Of a stretch of 64,000 nt of DNA, positions 63,931-64,000 are shown piece after piece. The notes beneath the pieces are model-generated. The model made no database searches. It was given only the letters and a program-made list of their open reading frames with translations, and had not been told where the DNA came from. This DNA is from Bispira polyomma. Taxonomy: Eukaryota. The stretch is taken from positions 102,610,001 to 102,674,000 of the forward strand of contig OZ287751.1 of NCBI GenBank assembly GCA_965649765.1, given 5' to 3'. Made by a program: the position numbers and the translations under genes. Within the stretch, counting starts at the first letter, position 1. Each line of letters opens with the position of its first letter.

Positions 63931-64000
63931 ACATGTAGAAGATCTTGTCATATGGATGTATTTACATTGGTCTATAATTGCTACTAGTGCTTGGTATCTG

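Overview
AT-rich eukaryotic genomic DNA. The repeat landscape suggests an invertebrate, probably a mollusc (inference only). Most of the window is decayed transposable elements: three or four segments of a DIRS/Ngaro-type tyrosine-recombinase retrotransposon, several L2-clade LINE fragments, PIF/Harbinger elements, TTAA-flanked TIR elements, a Helentron-type non-autonomous element, tRNA-derived SINEs and many minisatellites. Positions ~7.0-29.0 kb and ~29.3-48.75 kb are two diverged tandem copies of a ~20-kb unit, each carrying a spliced H-type lectin gene. Copy 1 is a pseudogene; copy 2 is intact (184 aa, with a GC-AG intron). The right end holds a head-to-head pair of two-exon genes encoding disordered proteins with one C-terminal transmembrane helix. 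Three patterns stand out: (i) minisatellites whose repeat units contain the splice signals of the neighbouring exon, in all three intact genes; (ii) a candidate -1 ribosomal frameshift signal at the gag/pol junction of the DIRS-like elements, plus palindrome arrays at their 3' ends; (iii) strongly uneven divergence between the two lectin paralogues. Gene models were built by eye from splice consensus and reading-frame phase. Element boundaries are approximate.
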